This document shows positions 37,726 to 52,400 of a stretch of 64,000 nt of DNA, piece by piece. Every line of letters begins with the position of its first letter. Within the stretch, counting starts at the first letter, position 1. The translations under genes were made by a program, and so were the position numbers. The notes beneath the pieces are model-generated. The model saw nothing but the letters and a program-made list of their open reading frames with translations. It did no database searches and had not been told where the DNA came from. Source of the DNA: Rotaria socialis (Eukaryota); the NCBI GenBank assembly GCA_905331295.1, contig CAJNYD010000438.1, forward strand, positions 1-64,000, in the 5' to 3' direction.

Positions 37726-39918
37726 TTATGGAAGAAGTATAAAGACACATGTAAGAAGAGCAGTGCCAAGAAAATCCCCAGCAGATGTTAAATACGGTAT
37801 ACATGTATTATCTGGATCATGTCCTTGTTTCCAAACAAATGGTACCAACCATTGAGCAATATAAAGAATAGTAGCCACCTAAAAAGAAAGGATTTAATAG
37901 ACTTTATCTTATTTGAAAAGAAACTCCGTTTTCTACTTGAATAAGGGCTGCAATTAGATAGTATAAGATAAAAAGAGCTGGGAATTGAATATGATCAATA
38001 GCCAATTGCCAAATAAGAAACATAAATGTTAAATGGCCAGGTATGGTAATGAATAATAAAACACGTACTGTGCATGAAGCACTACCTAAAAACAACACAT
38101 TTTAGGTATGTTTAATTCAGTCTATATAAGACGGGGATTTAGTCATACTTTTTGAACAGAATATTTTAATTGGATTCGGACAAGATTCTGCATTCTTTTT
38201 TTCTTCTTCATTTATAAATTCTCCTGGTTTGCCCTTTTTATGAAAAGCAGTTGATAATCGACTTGCTTGTACGGCTCCCAGACTACCACCCACGCCTATA
38301 TGATACAATTATCTTTCCAGTAAAGAGAAAAAAACAAAGTGGTATCCTTCTACCATTCATGCATGGTTGAAAAACGGCAATGCTATGAAATGTTTGAACA
38401 GCAAAATCAAGAATTAGGCCACCAGTACTAGATCAATATTTATTAGATAATTTGAATACGATCATAAATATTTACCTCGAAATTAGCATTGCTGCTATGA
38501 TTGGGGACCTGATAAAAAAATAGTTCAATAAATTTGTTTTTTGTATAAAATTTATTTCTATACCATCCTTCAATAAGTGCATCTTTAACATATTTATTTC
38601 GAGCACAGATCATAGTCCACACGGGTATTAGAAGTATATAACAACCTATTATTACGATTGGTAACCATATATAATCATCTTAACAGATTTAAACAAAATA
38701 GAAAATATTTGCGATAAAAAGATAGTTTTACATACTTATAGTTTTAAAAATAAAACTACCAATAATAGATAAAATAACAAGAGTTATAAGATCACCCAGT
38801 GATTCAGCTATGGGCGTAGCAATATTATCTGGATCAATACAAGATTTATGAGATGCAACAATAACTGTGATCATAATTAAACCTAAATCATAAATATTTC
38901 ATTTATAGAGTTTGAAATAAACTAAAATCATTTCTAAATACATAATGCTGACGATGCAATAGATGCTGTTGAAACACTACTACTACATAAAACAAGAGCA
39001 TGCTGAAAATTAAATTGACCTTGTGCTATCCAACTGATAAAAACAGATACAATAGCAGCAAGAAAGCCAATAACAATAGCTTGTAGTTGTATGAGAACAA
39101 TATTACCAATAATTAAAATTTTCAATTCACTTCTTGTATCCATGGTTCCAATATTTGCCTATGATTAAAACATTCAACGAATAGTAATATAAATAAAAAC
39201 TAAACTTCATAGCATACATGAGTAGATAAACGAGAAGCTAATGTCATTTCTAAATTGCCTTTTAAACCAAGTAAAGCTGGAATGAGTATATAAATTGCTG
39301 TTATTTCTTTGAATACTTTCAATTCCTAGAAAATTCAAAAATAAGCTTTCCAAAGATCAATACAGTTATTATATCAGTTCAGTCTGAATAAATCCCATTG
39401 TACAAATCATCAGATTATAAAATTTAGCGAGATACATTTTTAACGAATTCAATACTTTATGATTTATCAATAAAAACTCGTTTGAATCATCAAGAAGTTT
39501 TCTTTTTTTATGTCATACTGACATTTGAAATATGACGTTATTCCTTTTGGCACTCTTCACTCGTTCTCCCTGAATTAACGAAAAACACTTTTGTTCGAGC
39601 TTGTCTTTTTGCCATAATCATCTCGAGAGATATAGCTACTGCAGACAATTACTGGCATTTCTTTGAATGAAAACTAATTATAGAAGCATTCTCATGTATT
39701 CAATATTGTTGTATCTATTGAAGTTATTATTTATATTTGTATGAAAATGTTTATTCTGACATATAGAATAATACCTTCGCACGTTCAAGCACAAGTCCAG
39801 CAGTAACCAGACCCAATCCAGCAATCATAAAAGGGAAAATAAGTTGAATTGCTATGCAATACCGTTTTTCTTGGTGATTCTCGTGTTCATTTACTATTTC
39901 TTTCTTTCTTCCGTTCAT
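37726..39918 (-). CDS. SLC41A: SLC41 (MgtE-like) magnesium transporter, multi-exon; start codon tentative
   Basis: [92 protein letters not shown]. Confidence 0.92.
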
Positions 39919-40323
39919 CTGTAATACAATTTTCTATATGAAAGAAAATCATTAACATTTGTAATTATATCCAATTTTCATTGACATTTACTATCATGTC
40001 TATCAAGCAAAATTCATAAAACGCAAAAGAAAATTATATAAATATCTTCACAAATTTCAATCATCACCAGAAAAAACAAATTTTATATCTCCATATATTT
40101 TACAAAATAATATAAAAGCAAAGATAAATAAATCACATTTCTCCCATGTACTTTCACCTTCAATCTTAAACTAATTGTGTGCAAATGTTGAATCAAAATA
40201 ACTGATGGTGCTGTTCTGTTCTTTTTTCTTTACTCAATCAGCGAACATAGTTTTTGTATTGAAGAAAGCAAAAAGTACCTTTTTGGATTCACAGCTGTCG
40301 ATAGCAATAAACCATGCATCATT

Positions 40324-40722
40324 AATGCGATGCGAAGCAGAAGCATTTCTGTAGTCCGTCGCGAGTTTTTTTTANGAGATCGAACTGCTTACAGCTTTTT
40401 TCGAATCTAAAATCCGATGTTTCATTCGGTCACAAATATCATTCCAAAATGACGAAAATGAAAGAAATTTGTCAAGAGATAATTAAAGTGACGTCATGAA
40501 CATATGTTAGCCACTATAGTCTATTGATTTACAGCTGATCTAAGATAATGAATCATGGAGATAATTAATCGATCAATCGAAATCGACCCCTAAGAATGTT
40601 TCGCTAAGTAAGAATAGAGTTTTCTCAGTGATGAATTTCATCATGTCGACATAAAAAGGTATTCAAGATTTCTCTGAATTGAAAATTTTTCGTGAATCCA
40701 GATTCCTGCTTCGCATCGCATT
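40324..40722. mobile_element. Probable MITE between the divergent SLC41 and MYO6 genes
   Basis: Perfect 17-bp inverted repeat AATGCGATGCGAAGCAG / CTGCTTCGCATCGCATT about 400 bp apart. TSD not resolved. Confidence 0.6.
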
Positions 40723-41179
40723 TTGTATTCGAGTAAAACTTGAATACCATCTAGTTAATTTTCAATGAGTGCATCTAATGAAAAGAGTACTGTGTGATTT
40801 CAATAACGGAAATAAATGCAAATAAGCGCCACAATCGATAGTTTTCAGTTTCGTAGAAATTTAAAAGCGATAATTAAACGAAAATATGCATAAAATTGTT
40901 TTTATTCATTATTAATATAAAGAATATGAAAGAAATTAGCAGATGTTATTTAATTTTTCATGATTGGTTAGTAGAAGTAAACCAATAGAATATGTGAGTA
41001 AGCACGATGACTAGAGAGAGAGAAAAATTCTAAATGATGATATGTTTACTCAGATATCAGTCGGGCGTGTTTTACTCTCGTTCGATCAATATTTACTTCT
41101 CTTTTTACTCAGGCATTGAACGCATTATAGATATAGTTTGTCATCTAGTGGGAATTTGTAGCCATTAGAAATCTTCTAC

Positions 41180-44100
41180 ATGTTCGCACTCAATGATAAT
41201 AAACCAGTTTGGATACGAGATAATGAACATGGATTTCTTCTTGGTAAAATAACTGATATTGGCTCCGATAATGTTACTGTTCAATTAAAGGACAATAGAA
41301 AAGTTTGACTGAAAGTCGAAATTCAACAAAAAAAATAAAATTTTCCTATGTTTTTCTTTATAGACAATAGTTGTTCCGTATGATTCAGCATTTCAAGCGG
41401 AAGAATATGATAAAAATGTTGATGATAATTGTTTGTATTTCTTTTATTAAAAATTTTCAAATTAGTTATAGTTGTTTTTTAATTTTTAGGCGCACTTATG
41501 TATCTTAATGAAGCAACACTACTAAATAATGTTCGTCGTCGATATAAAAAAGATTTAATTTATGTAGGAAGAATATGAAACACAAAAGAAAAACAATTTT
41601 TAATTGAACTTATTTTTTAGACTTATGTGGCGAATATTTTAATTGCAATTAATCCTTATAAAGATTTAGCTGGTCTCTATAGTAGCGATTCAACCAAGCG
41701 TTACAATGGAAAATCACTTGGCGTTATGCCACCACATGTTTATGCTATTGGTAGGTTTTCTAGGATTGATCCGATATTCTTCAGTAGTTGATATGATATT
41801 TCATAATAATAATTTGATGTATGTTTTATTTAAGGCGATAAAGCCTATCGTGATATGCGTACGATCAAGCAAAGTCAATCGATAATAGTATCAGGCGAAT
41901 CAGGGGCTGGTTCGTATGAGCAATCTTATAGATCATCAAATTTTCATTGATTATTATTATTTAGGCAAAACTGAATCAGCAAAATACGTTTTACAATATT
42001 TAACTGAATCTTATGGTGCACATAATGGTCAAATTGAAGATCGCATAAATAAATGTAAATAAATCATACGATATTCTTCTCCCGTAACTGTTTCTTTTAT
42101 TTTATTTAGCAAATCCATTGTTAGAAGCATTTGGAAATGGTAAAAGAGAAAGTTCTTGCTCTACTGATCGTTTTTTTTGCATGTAAAATATTGAATATTT
42201 AGCGAAAACAACACGTAATAATAATTCAAGTCGTTTTGGCAAATTTATTGAAGTACATTTTAATGATAAAGTATTTAGAATAATAAATTATTCAATGAAA
42301 GAAAATAAAACTATATTTCTTCTAGCATCGTGTTGTTGGTGGTTACATATCTCATTATTTGCTTGAAAAATCACGTATATGTGTACAATCAAAAGATGAA
42401 CGAAATTATCATATATTCTATCGTTTATGTGCTGGTGCACCTGAAAGCATTCGAAGTGCATTACGCCTGGGATCACCAGATAGTTTTCATGTTTGTATAT
42501 CAAGATAGCAAACGAATTCACTCTTAAATCTTCTTTTATCTCTATTAGTATCTTAATCGTGGCTGTACACAATATTTTTGTAATAATCAAACAGAAAAAT
42601 CTTTACCAAAAAACCGTCGAAGTGACGATGTAAGTTCAATGAATTGAAGGAACAAAAAAAAGGACTGAAAATATTATTTATTTTTTTGCTGATTAGAAAG
42701 ATTTTCTTGCTGTAAGATATTTCTATTGTCCTAAATGTTGTTATTTCTTGCTTATGAAGTTCAATGAATGAATCTAATCTCTTTGAGTTTATTCTTAGTT
42801 CATAGCAAAAGGTGCATTACGTGATCCACAATTAGATGATGTTAATGATTTTAATGAATGCGATCAATCGATGGATCAAATGGGTTTAACAACACAAGAT
42901 AAACTAAATATTTATAGTACCGTTGCAGCAGTTTTACATCTTGGAAATATTAATTTTGACGATGATCCTGAGAGTACGAAAGGTGGTTGTAAAATAACTC
43001 CAGCAACGGAAAAATCATTGAGTGTAACAGCTGAAATGCTTGGTCTTGATCCACGTGATTTACGCAATTCTCTAATAACAAGAGTTTTAATGACTAAAAC
43101 AACGAGTAGCAGTAAAGGAACTGTTATACAGTAAGTAAATTTTTATCGAACACGATTGTTCAAATGAAGCAAAAAAAAATGTCAGCCCTCCACCGTATTT
43201 ATTATTGTTAGACGACTGTATACCTGAGTTGATCAAGGTCTCATTATGATATAAGAAGTATTTTCTTACTACATTCCTGAAGGATTAAATAAAATAACGG
43301 AAGAATAGTGACTAACCGACCATACTAGAATAATCTCAACGAATACCTTTTTAATCCAGATTGGATAGTAACCTTGAATGTTTTATGATATTCATAATCT
43401 TCTAGATGACTAGATTCCAATAGATTCAGTACTACTGATTTAGAAAGATTTAATATTGTAGACATATATTATCTTCCTCACTGTCAAAGAAAATTCAAAC
43501 AATAATTCTTTTGTTTTTTTCCTTAATTAGTGTTCCATTAAAAGTTCATGAAGCTCAAAATGCACGTGATGCTTTAGCTAAAGCAATATACATTCGTTTA
43601 TTTGATCAAATCGTTACTTTTGTGAACAAATCAATACCGTTTAGTTCATCGAATTCATATATTGGTATTCTTGATATTGCTGGTTTTGAATATTTTCCTA
43701 TTAACTCATTCGAACAATTTTGTATTAAGTATGACCATAAAACTACTAATTAAATAATAATAATGCTTCTTCTTATTCAGCTATTGTAATGAAAAATTAC
43801 AACAATTTTTTAATGAACGCATACTTAAAGAAGAACAATTATTGTATGAAAAAGAAGGTCTTGGTTTGAAAAAGATTGGCTATATTGATAATCAAGATTG
43901 TATTGGTATGTTAATTGAATGCGTTATCATTCTTAAAATTTTCTTTTCTATTTTAAATTAAATAGCAGCCTGGTAGGGGCGAATTTTTTACATAACTACA
44001 TTTGTGTGTATGTGTGTCGTTATCTATTTTGCATGAGTATGATAAAAAAATATTTCGGCTTCAAACTCAGGCTTTTTGATAGCAAAAAAAAATCTTAGAT

Positions 44101-47100
44101 AATATATGCACGGGTGAAAAGAAAAATTACTAATGATATGTAGTAGAAGTTGGAAGAAAGAATATGAAGTGCATTTTTAACGGAGACACTTTTGTATATG
44201 ATATATTCATCGGTGTTAAAAGGATTGAATTGAAAGAAAATATAACTATGGAAGAACTATAAAAACAAAAGATGAAGAACTGTTGTTCAGCTTTTTATAT
44301 GCTTCAATATATCACTTTTATGTAGTGCTTCGTAGAACACAATTTATCGGATTTTTGAAAATAATGTAATTAGATAGTCATTTAATTGTATTATACGAGT
44401 TGATATATAAAAATCTATTGGAATGAAATATGAAAACGGAGTGTGTATTGATTCGTGATACGATTGGATTGTTTTTAACAAAATTAACCTTAGTCGATGG
44501 ATAGATAATAGTTTCTGAGGATGAGAATTCTTTTTTTCTTAATTATCTATTCAAGTTTATACTCGCTTTCAATAATTCATAATAACATTGTCTGATGATT
44601 GATTTTGTGTTTAAAACCTAATCTAATCAAGTGTTATATAAAAGACAGCATGTTTACCTCGTCCAACTTGCATGTTAAATGAAAACTGTGTTTTGTTAAA
44701 GTTGTTTTTTTTTTGAATTGATATTTTATTTATTAATATGATATGTTTAGATTTAATCGAAGCGAAAACAACAGGTTGCTTTGATTTATTGGATGAAGAA
44801 AGTAAATTACCAACACCACGACCTGAACATTTTACACATGAAGTTCATAATCGTAATAAAGGTCATGCAAGACTTGATGTAAATAAAATTTCTTTAGAAT
44901 TTTATCGAATTTATTTTTGTTTTCTGTGTTCAGTTTCCACGTAAATCTAAATTACGTGCATCACGTGAAATTCGTGATGACGAAGGATTTTTAGTTCAGC
45001 ATTTTGCCGGCAGTGTTGTTTATTCAACTGTATGTCTTATTCGCATATCAGTTATTCATGTATACATATGTGAGGTTTTCTTTTAGGCTCAATTTATTGA
45101 GAAAAATAACGATGCTTTACATACATCATTACTTATACTAGTTCAAGAATCTAGAAATAGTTTCATAAGAAATGTTTTTCCAAAAGGACAAGAACAAGGA
45201 CAATCGGCTGGAAAACTGAACTTTATTTCTGTCGGCTCAAAATTCCGCTCGCAATTAGCTGATCTTATGAATAAATTACGAAGTACTGTAAGTAAACAAG
45301 CTGCTATTATAAAAATAATTTATGCGTATTTTCTTATTTAAAAACTCGATAATTATACAATTTCGTATTGATATATACCATAGAAATACGGTAGTATTGC
45401 ATTTTATTTAGCAAAAACTTGCTTCAGATAGCTAATATTATATGAGAAATTTTACAACTGTTTTTCAATGGCCAACAAAGTTTAAAGTTGAGAATATTGT
45501 CAGAAAAAGTTAGTTTCGAATTTTTCAAATAATCCATTATAATCGCATTTTCTATCGATTTGAGTGCGATTGCAAGTTATAATTTGATTAATTCTCAAAT
45601 GTATTCTACACTGAAGGCTTTGCTGTTTTCTCGTAGGTATTGATTTCTGAATGGTTCACACTATCAACAACTTATTAGCCTCGTAATGACAGAAAAAAAA
45701 ACCTAATTTTATATAATGATGTCTAAAAGGAAAAGATACTGAATAGTCTATTTTGTCGCAACTGAACTGTCCTGACCTGACTATTCATCATAAATAAAAA
45801 TGATTGAGAACTTTTGTATATTTAATAGTAAGTCTAGATAATAAATATTGGTAATTCTCGACCCACTAAAATTATAAATAGCATGATTAATCTAACTAGA
45901 ATCTGTATTTCATATAGGGTATTAATTTCATTCGTTGTATTAAACCAAATCTCAAAATGGTTTCAAATCTATTTGAAGGTGGTCAAATTCTAAGTCAGTT
46001 ACAATGTAGCGGTAAGATATCATGAGAAGAATTTTCTCAATATGGAGTAAATATATTTATTTATGTCTACGAATAGGGATGGTCTCAGTGTTGGATTTAA
46101 TGCAACAAGGTTTTCCATCACGTACACAATTTGCTGATTTATATGGAATGTATAAATCATATTTACCAAAAGAATTAGCACGACTTGATCCACGACTTTT
46201 CTGTAAAGCTTTATTTAAAGCTTTGAATCTGCATGATACAGATTTTAAATTTGGTTTAACAAAAGTTTTTTTTCGCCCCGGAAAATTTGCTGAATTTGAT
46301 GAAATTATGAAATCGGATCCGAAGAATTTAGCTGTACTTATATCGAAAGTTAAAAAATGGCTTTTATGGACTCGATGGAAAAAAGCACAGTGGTGTGTTT
46401 TATCCGTTATTAAACGTAAGTTAAATTTTGACAATAAAAACGCTTTTTCATAAGCATTTCTTATGGTTTTTAGTTAAAAATAAAATTCTTTATCGACGTC
46501 AATGCTTGGTTGAAATTCAAAAACGTGTTCGTATGCATTTAGTTTATAAACGTTATGCACCACGGTAGCTATAGCGAAGATCTATTTTTCACATCTATAC
46601 ATATTTGTTTTTGTTCACGTTTATTCTCAGAATTCGAGGTTTGGTCAAAGTAAAAGCATTACATGAACAAGTTGCTTCAATGGAAAAATTTGTTACACAG
46701 CTGAAGGCGAACAAAGAACAAGTTTACAAACAAGTACACCAATTAAGACAACGCATCGATCAATTAATTCATGAAATAACAGTAAGCTTCATTTACAGTT
46801 CATCGCAAGTGGAAGGAGTTCACCTAGTAAAAATCACCAAGAGCATATTCTTAAATTTTCAGCCGAATGAATCTATTGTCATTCAATTAATCACGTTGCA
46901 TAGTTCATTTTAAAAGGGAATTTCTTAAATTTGCTTAATAAACTAGAAATCTGATTATAAATTATAAATAAACATCGATCAATAAGATGAAATTTCTATT
47001 AACGAACAATGATTTTATTTAGAATACATCTATGAAAGTAGCAAATATTGATAATGCCTATAATGATCTTGCTTCATCAATTGATCGTGAATTCAAACGT

Positions 47101-48979
47101 TTGAAACAAGTTGCTGCCGAACAAGATATAAAAGAGGAAGCAGAACGTTTGAAAAAAATTCAAGTAAATAAAAATGAAAGTAGCTATCCTTAAAAATAAA
47201 TATAATATTTAGGTGGAACTCGAACGTGAAAAACATAAAAAAGTTACTGAAGAGAAACGTTTAGCGGACGAAAAAGAAGAGTTTCGACAGTAAGATTTCT
47301 TGTTCTTGTTTACTTATTTAAAATCTTCTATTACAATTAGACGTTCAGCTATTGCTCAACGTCAAAAAGAAGAAGAGCAGTTTAAAGGTAAACTTACTGC
47401 TGAAGAAACGAAACGTCAAGTAAGAATTGATCACTAAAAAAAGAAACATGGGTATCATCAAATCAAAGTCATACATATTATATTTGTAGAAAGAACGTCA
47501 AGCCAAAGAATCTGATGAAGAAGCTCGTGTAGCGGAAGTGAATGAACGTGAACGTCGTGATTATGATATAGCACGACGTCTTGCTATAGAAACTGGTGGC
47601 GAAGCTGATTTACCCCATTTACAGCGAACACGTCGACCTACTACTAATCAAAAACATGATTTAAGTAAACATACATATGCTCAACTACGTGACTTAATCA
47701 ATACATCTTGCGGTAAATAAATAAGATTAAAAACTCAAAACAAATAACAAAATTCATTTCATCTAGATTTGGAACTACTCGATGCTTGTCGAGAAGAATT
47801 TCATCGCCGTTTGAAAGTTTATCATGCATGGAAATCGAAAAATCGAAAAGGAAAAAATCCATCGGCTGAAGACGATAACATTGATGAAGATGAAGAACGA
47901 GCCCCACAGGATATTTTAAATAATTGTAAGTTTATCTCAATAGAAAAATATAAAATAAACTAGTGCCTTCATTTTGAGATCGACTCATGTAAATAAGAAA
48001 AAAAAGAGAGTCGATTTACGATAAAAATGCAATAGGTTTTTACTCAATACTTCTAATGTTTTTTTTTCCGTAATATAATGTTCACTTGCTCTTTTAAAAT
48101 CTTCTTCTTCAACTTCTGACTTTAATGAGACGTATTTCGTTGCAATTCGACTTGTTTTTATTCGTAGAGCGAAATAAACTATTGGAAAAGAGCAGCCTAT
48201 ATCTGATATTCGTATACCAATGTGATACTGTATTTTCTCTTTCATAACGATAGATGAGACTGTGCCGGATTTATCTATCGATAATATAGAAAATTGTCTT
48301 CAATGATTCCCACCTAGGTAAACATTCCTCGATAGGTACAACTAAATAGTATTTCCGTTTATTTCATTGTGCCAAAAAAAAGAGTATTTTTTTCATCGAT
48401 TAAAATTCTTGTTATTGTAAATGAATACATCAATATTGTTTTCCTTTCAAAGTTGTTGTACCTGCAGCAGCTGGTGTCTCATCAACACCAATCGGAGTAA
48501 CTAAAAAGGCTAGCCAACCGGCAACAACCGCTAGCTCGAAAAAATCTAGCAGCGGTAAAGGAACTGAACAACGGTTTTTTCGTATTCCATTTATTCGTCC
48601 TAATGATCAAAATCGAGATACAAATGGTGATCAAAAAAAGAAAGGATGGTGGTATGCTCATTTTGATGGTAAGATAAAATGTTTGTCCTGATAACATATC
48701 ACCCTATTTCTTAAAACTTGATTAGATAAATGGATTGCTCGTCAAATGGAAATCCATCCAAATAAAGAATCTGTTCTTCTTGTTGCAGGTGTAGATGACA
48801 TGAATATGTGTGAATTAAGTTTAGATGAAACAGGTTTAGCAACGAAAAAAGGTGCTGAAATTCTCGAAAGTGACTTCGAACAAGAATGGCTTAAACATGG
48901 TGGCCAAGAATATTTGAAGTCACATTTTGGACAAATCAGTTCGAAATATGTCGTTCAATTAGTTCAAAATTATCGCTAA
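41180..48979 (+). CDS. MYO6: Unconventional myosin VI, multi-exon
   Basis: P-loop [40 protein letters not shown], insert-2 [15 protein letters not shown], a charged SAH region, and cargo-binding motifs [10 protein letters not shown] (RRL) and GWWYAHFD (WWY). Confidence 0.96.
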
Positions 48980-49455
48980 AATCAAATACACGGTGGAATA
49001 AAGAAAAAATAAACATTTGATGTTTTTGTTGCTCGCATTTTTTACCAAAAATTTTATCTTAATGTTTACATAGAGGAACAAAACAAAAGTATACAAATAT
49101 CTAAATGTCTGATTTTTTTCTCTTTTATTGTTGTGATGATATTTCTTTTTAATCTAGAATTTTTTCTCCTCTTAGAATGAACACAATACAATGATTAATG
49201 CATTTGAATGTTTGCTTTCTTTTTTTTGTCGTTGTTTTACGTTTAATTTAATCTTTTTATTGCTATTTAAAAAAACAAAACAAAAAACCAAGAATTTAAA
49301 TCAAATAAATATTTGTGCTTGAACATTTTTTTTTCTTCTCTTTAGATTAATTTGCTTTGTTTCGTTTTAAGAATTGTTTGAGAATGAAGAAGAACTGATA
49401 AGTAATATTGTACTGATAATTATACAATCAAGAAACATATAAAAAGAGAAAAGTT

Positions 49456-52400
49456 ATGGCTGGCATGAAATTTGAGGTTTGCAATAGTCGATTTTTTTAT
49501 AATTTTTATTTTATTCAATTATTTTACCTTTTAGTATGATGAAAATGGTGGCAAATTTTTTTATTTTTTTCTATCCGTTTACGCATTGATACTTGTACCA
49601 GCGACTTATTGGCTATGGCCAAAATCAGAAGAAAAACGTGAGAAATAAAATTACACAGTTTATTTAATGTGAATTGTTTCTTTTTAGAAAGTACGCATCT
49701 TGAAGATATATCAAGTTATCCTCCTTGCCGTGATAAATATCATTTATTACGTGCAAGTGAGCCTCGACGACGACGGCGCACTATATTTGTGTAAGATTTT
49801 ATAGACTGATAGTAGAGTTTACATTAATAATACTTTTTTCTTTTAAAAATAATTACAGATGGCATGAAAAAGAGGTAAATTCATTTCTATTGGAGGAAAC
49901 GACATCATTATACTCGGTGCTCTATAATTGAAAACAGCTTAAAAATAATTCCACGCCATTGCTAGAAAAACAGCAGGCATATTGAAAAACTATTTCACAA
50001 TATACTCATTCGTTTTTTTTCTTTTAAAAGCGCAAAGTGTTAGTCAAAACTTAGTATATTCTTTCTAAATATAGATCGCATGTTTTCTCTAGACTCCCTA
50101 ATTGCAGAACGATTAATCGAACTATTAGAGTCTCACTGCTTCGCCACATTAGTTTTCTGTACTACACATTATAAATACAATAGAGTGGAAGACAAGATTG
50201 TTTTCTAGCAAACAAACATAAGCGTCCGGAATAACTCGACATAGTTTGTAAATCTATATTTTACGGAAATAGAGTAATTTTGACACTGTCCACCTCTTTT
50301 CAAGACACTCACTGTTGAGAAATTATCTGAATCAAATTACTTCTCCGTGTAAAGTTCTACAAGTAGATGTACATTCTTTCATTCGCTTTATTAAAATGAC
50401 TTTAACGTACTAAGTCTTTTCTCAAGTTGGTTTATAATTGTTAAAAGAAATCTCGTGCATGATTTGGAAAGAAAACTGAATTTAATATTTTAACTAATTT
50501 CGAATGGCTATTTTAGAAAGATTAAAGAATACTCAGTAAAATTACTTTTCGATAAACCCTTATCAGTGCTAATTAAATTCTGCTTTAATTAAATCGCCAT
50601 CTATTGATGGTTCGTTCGAAAGACAGCTAATCATCATGATCTATAATGTTAATGTCAGCGAACTAAGGCGTAGGCTAATATTTCTAGAAAGACTTTTAAA
50701 AGTATTTCCCGAGGTTCACAATGACAGGATATAAAATCTAATTTGTTATGACGTCTTTAAAATATTATGCACAGTATACTCATTATTAGATATAGTCGAT
50801 TATATATGTTGAAATACTATAAGTAAAAGCTTTGAAGGAAAACTGTAAAAATTTCTTTTGATTCAGACAAAAGCCAAAAATAAATGAAGCGAGAAAAAAG
50901 GATTCCCGTTGAGTTTATTTATAGTTTTAATTCACGATGCTCCTAAGAGACTTACTATATGCATGATTATGTCAATAGAAGTTGAAAAAGAGAACGATAT
51001 TTTTCAACTATGATTGTTTAATTTTGTTCGCTAATTTATAATATCCACACAAAAATAAAAATGATAATTTCAATGAATTTTCAAACTTATTATTTATTTT
51101 TGAACCTTTTAGTAAAATTGTTCTCTTAGCAGCATGGATTATATTATTAATTCTTGCTTATCGGGTATCACTGATAGAAACTGAACATAAAGAATATGAT
51201 CCATTTATGATACTTGACGTTGATCTGGTAACTATTCGCATAATTTTATATATACATAACAAATGCATCAATTAATGATTGTCTAGGAAGCTAGCATTAG
51301 TGAAATAAAACGAGCTTATCGTGAATTAAGTAAAAAACATCATCCAGATCGTGGTGGCGACCCAGAAAAGTTTGCAAGTTTTAAACTAAAAACGAATTCA
51401 TTTAATAATAAATTAAAACAAAAACGTATTTTTCCTATAGAAAGATATTGCTAAAGCTTACAAAACTCTAACAGATGAAGAAGCAAAAAACAATTGGAAA
51501 ACATATGGAAATCCGGATGGACCAGGAGGTATGTGCTTTTCTTTTTTGTTCTTTCAAGCTTAAATTGTTTTTCTCTCCAATTGCAGTGACTCATTTTGGT
51601 ATTGCTCTACCAAAATGGTTGGTCGATCATAAAAATTCGTTATTTGTTCTTTTAATTTATACTGGTGTATTTATGATTGTTCTACCAGTTATTATTGTAT
51701 GCAAATTTATGATTAACTGAAGCATAGATTTTTCTTTTCTTTTTATCTTATGCAGTGTATTTGGTGGCAAAAATCAGCACGCTACGCTGGTGACCATATA
51801 TTAATTGATACGATTAAAATTTATCATTTTCTTCTTACGAAAACATCATTGATAAGTATTAAACGTATGTTGAAAAATTTAATCAATAGTTTGTTTTCTG
51901 TGATGTTCAATGGAGGATGTTGATTGCATTTATAGTTGTCTATCCTTTGATAGATTTCTTTTGATGATAGAGAAACAATGTATTTGAAATCTCACGAATG
52001 TTTTTTTTAGGCTCTCTTCTGATTTTAAGTGCATCAGCAGAATTTGATCGTAGACTCAATCCAATGATTGTTGATCGACCCAGTGATAATATTGAATTGC
52101 CAGAGGTTATTTTAAACTGTTAATAGGAAAATTGTTTATACAAAAAAAGTCTTTTGATTATTTAGCTATTTAGAGAATTAACTAATGTACAAGAAAATAT
52201 TAAAGAAATACCATTTCAACAGCTATACAGTATCAAAGCACGTACATTAATTTATGCACATCTTCATCGACTTGACTCATTAAGTGATAATCTTGAAAAA
52301 GGTATTTATGAACTTCAAGATCTTGCAATAATCGTACGGCAACAGTTCTTGTTTCAGAGCTCGATGGATACTTGAGAAGATCGGTTATCTTTCTATTCAT

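Noticed and set aside
46057..46434. 125-aa minus-strand ORF
   Set aside because: It is antisense to a myosin VI exon.
49856..50314. Possible Tc1/mariner-like remnant in a SEC63 intron (TGAAAA(A)GAGGT inverted)
   Set aside because: The termini are too degenerate and the TA TSD is present on one side only.
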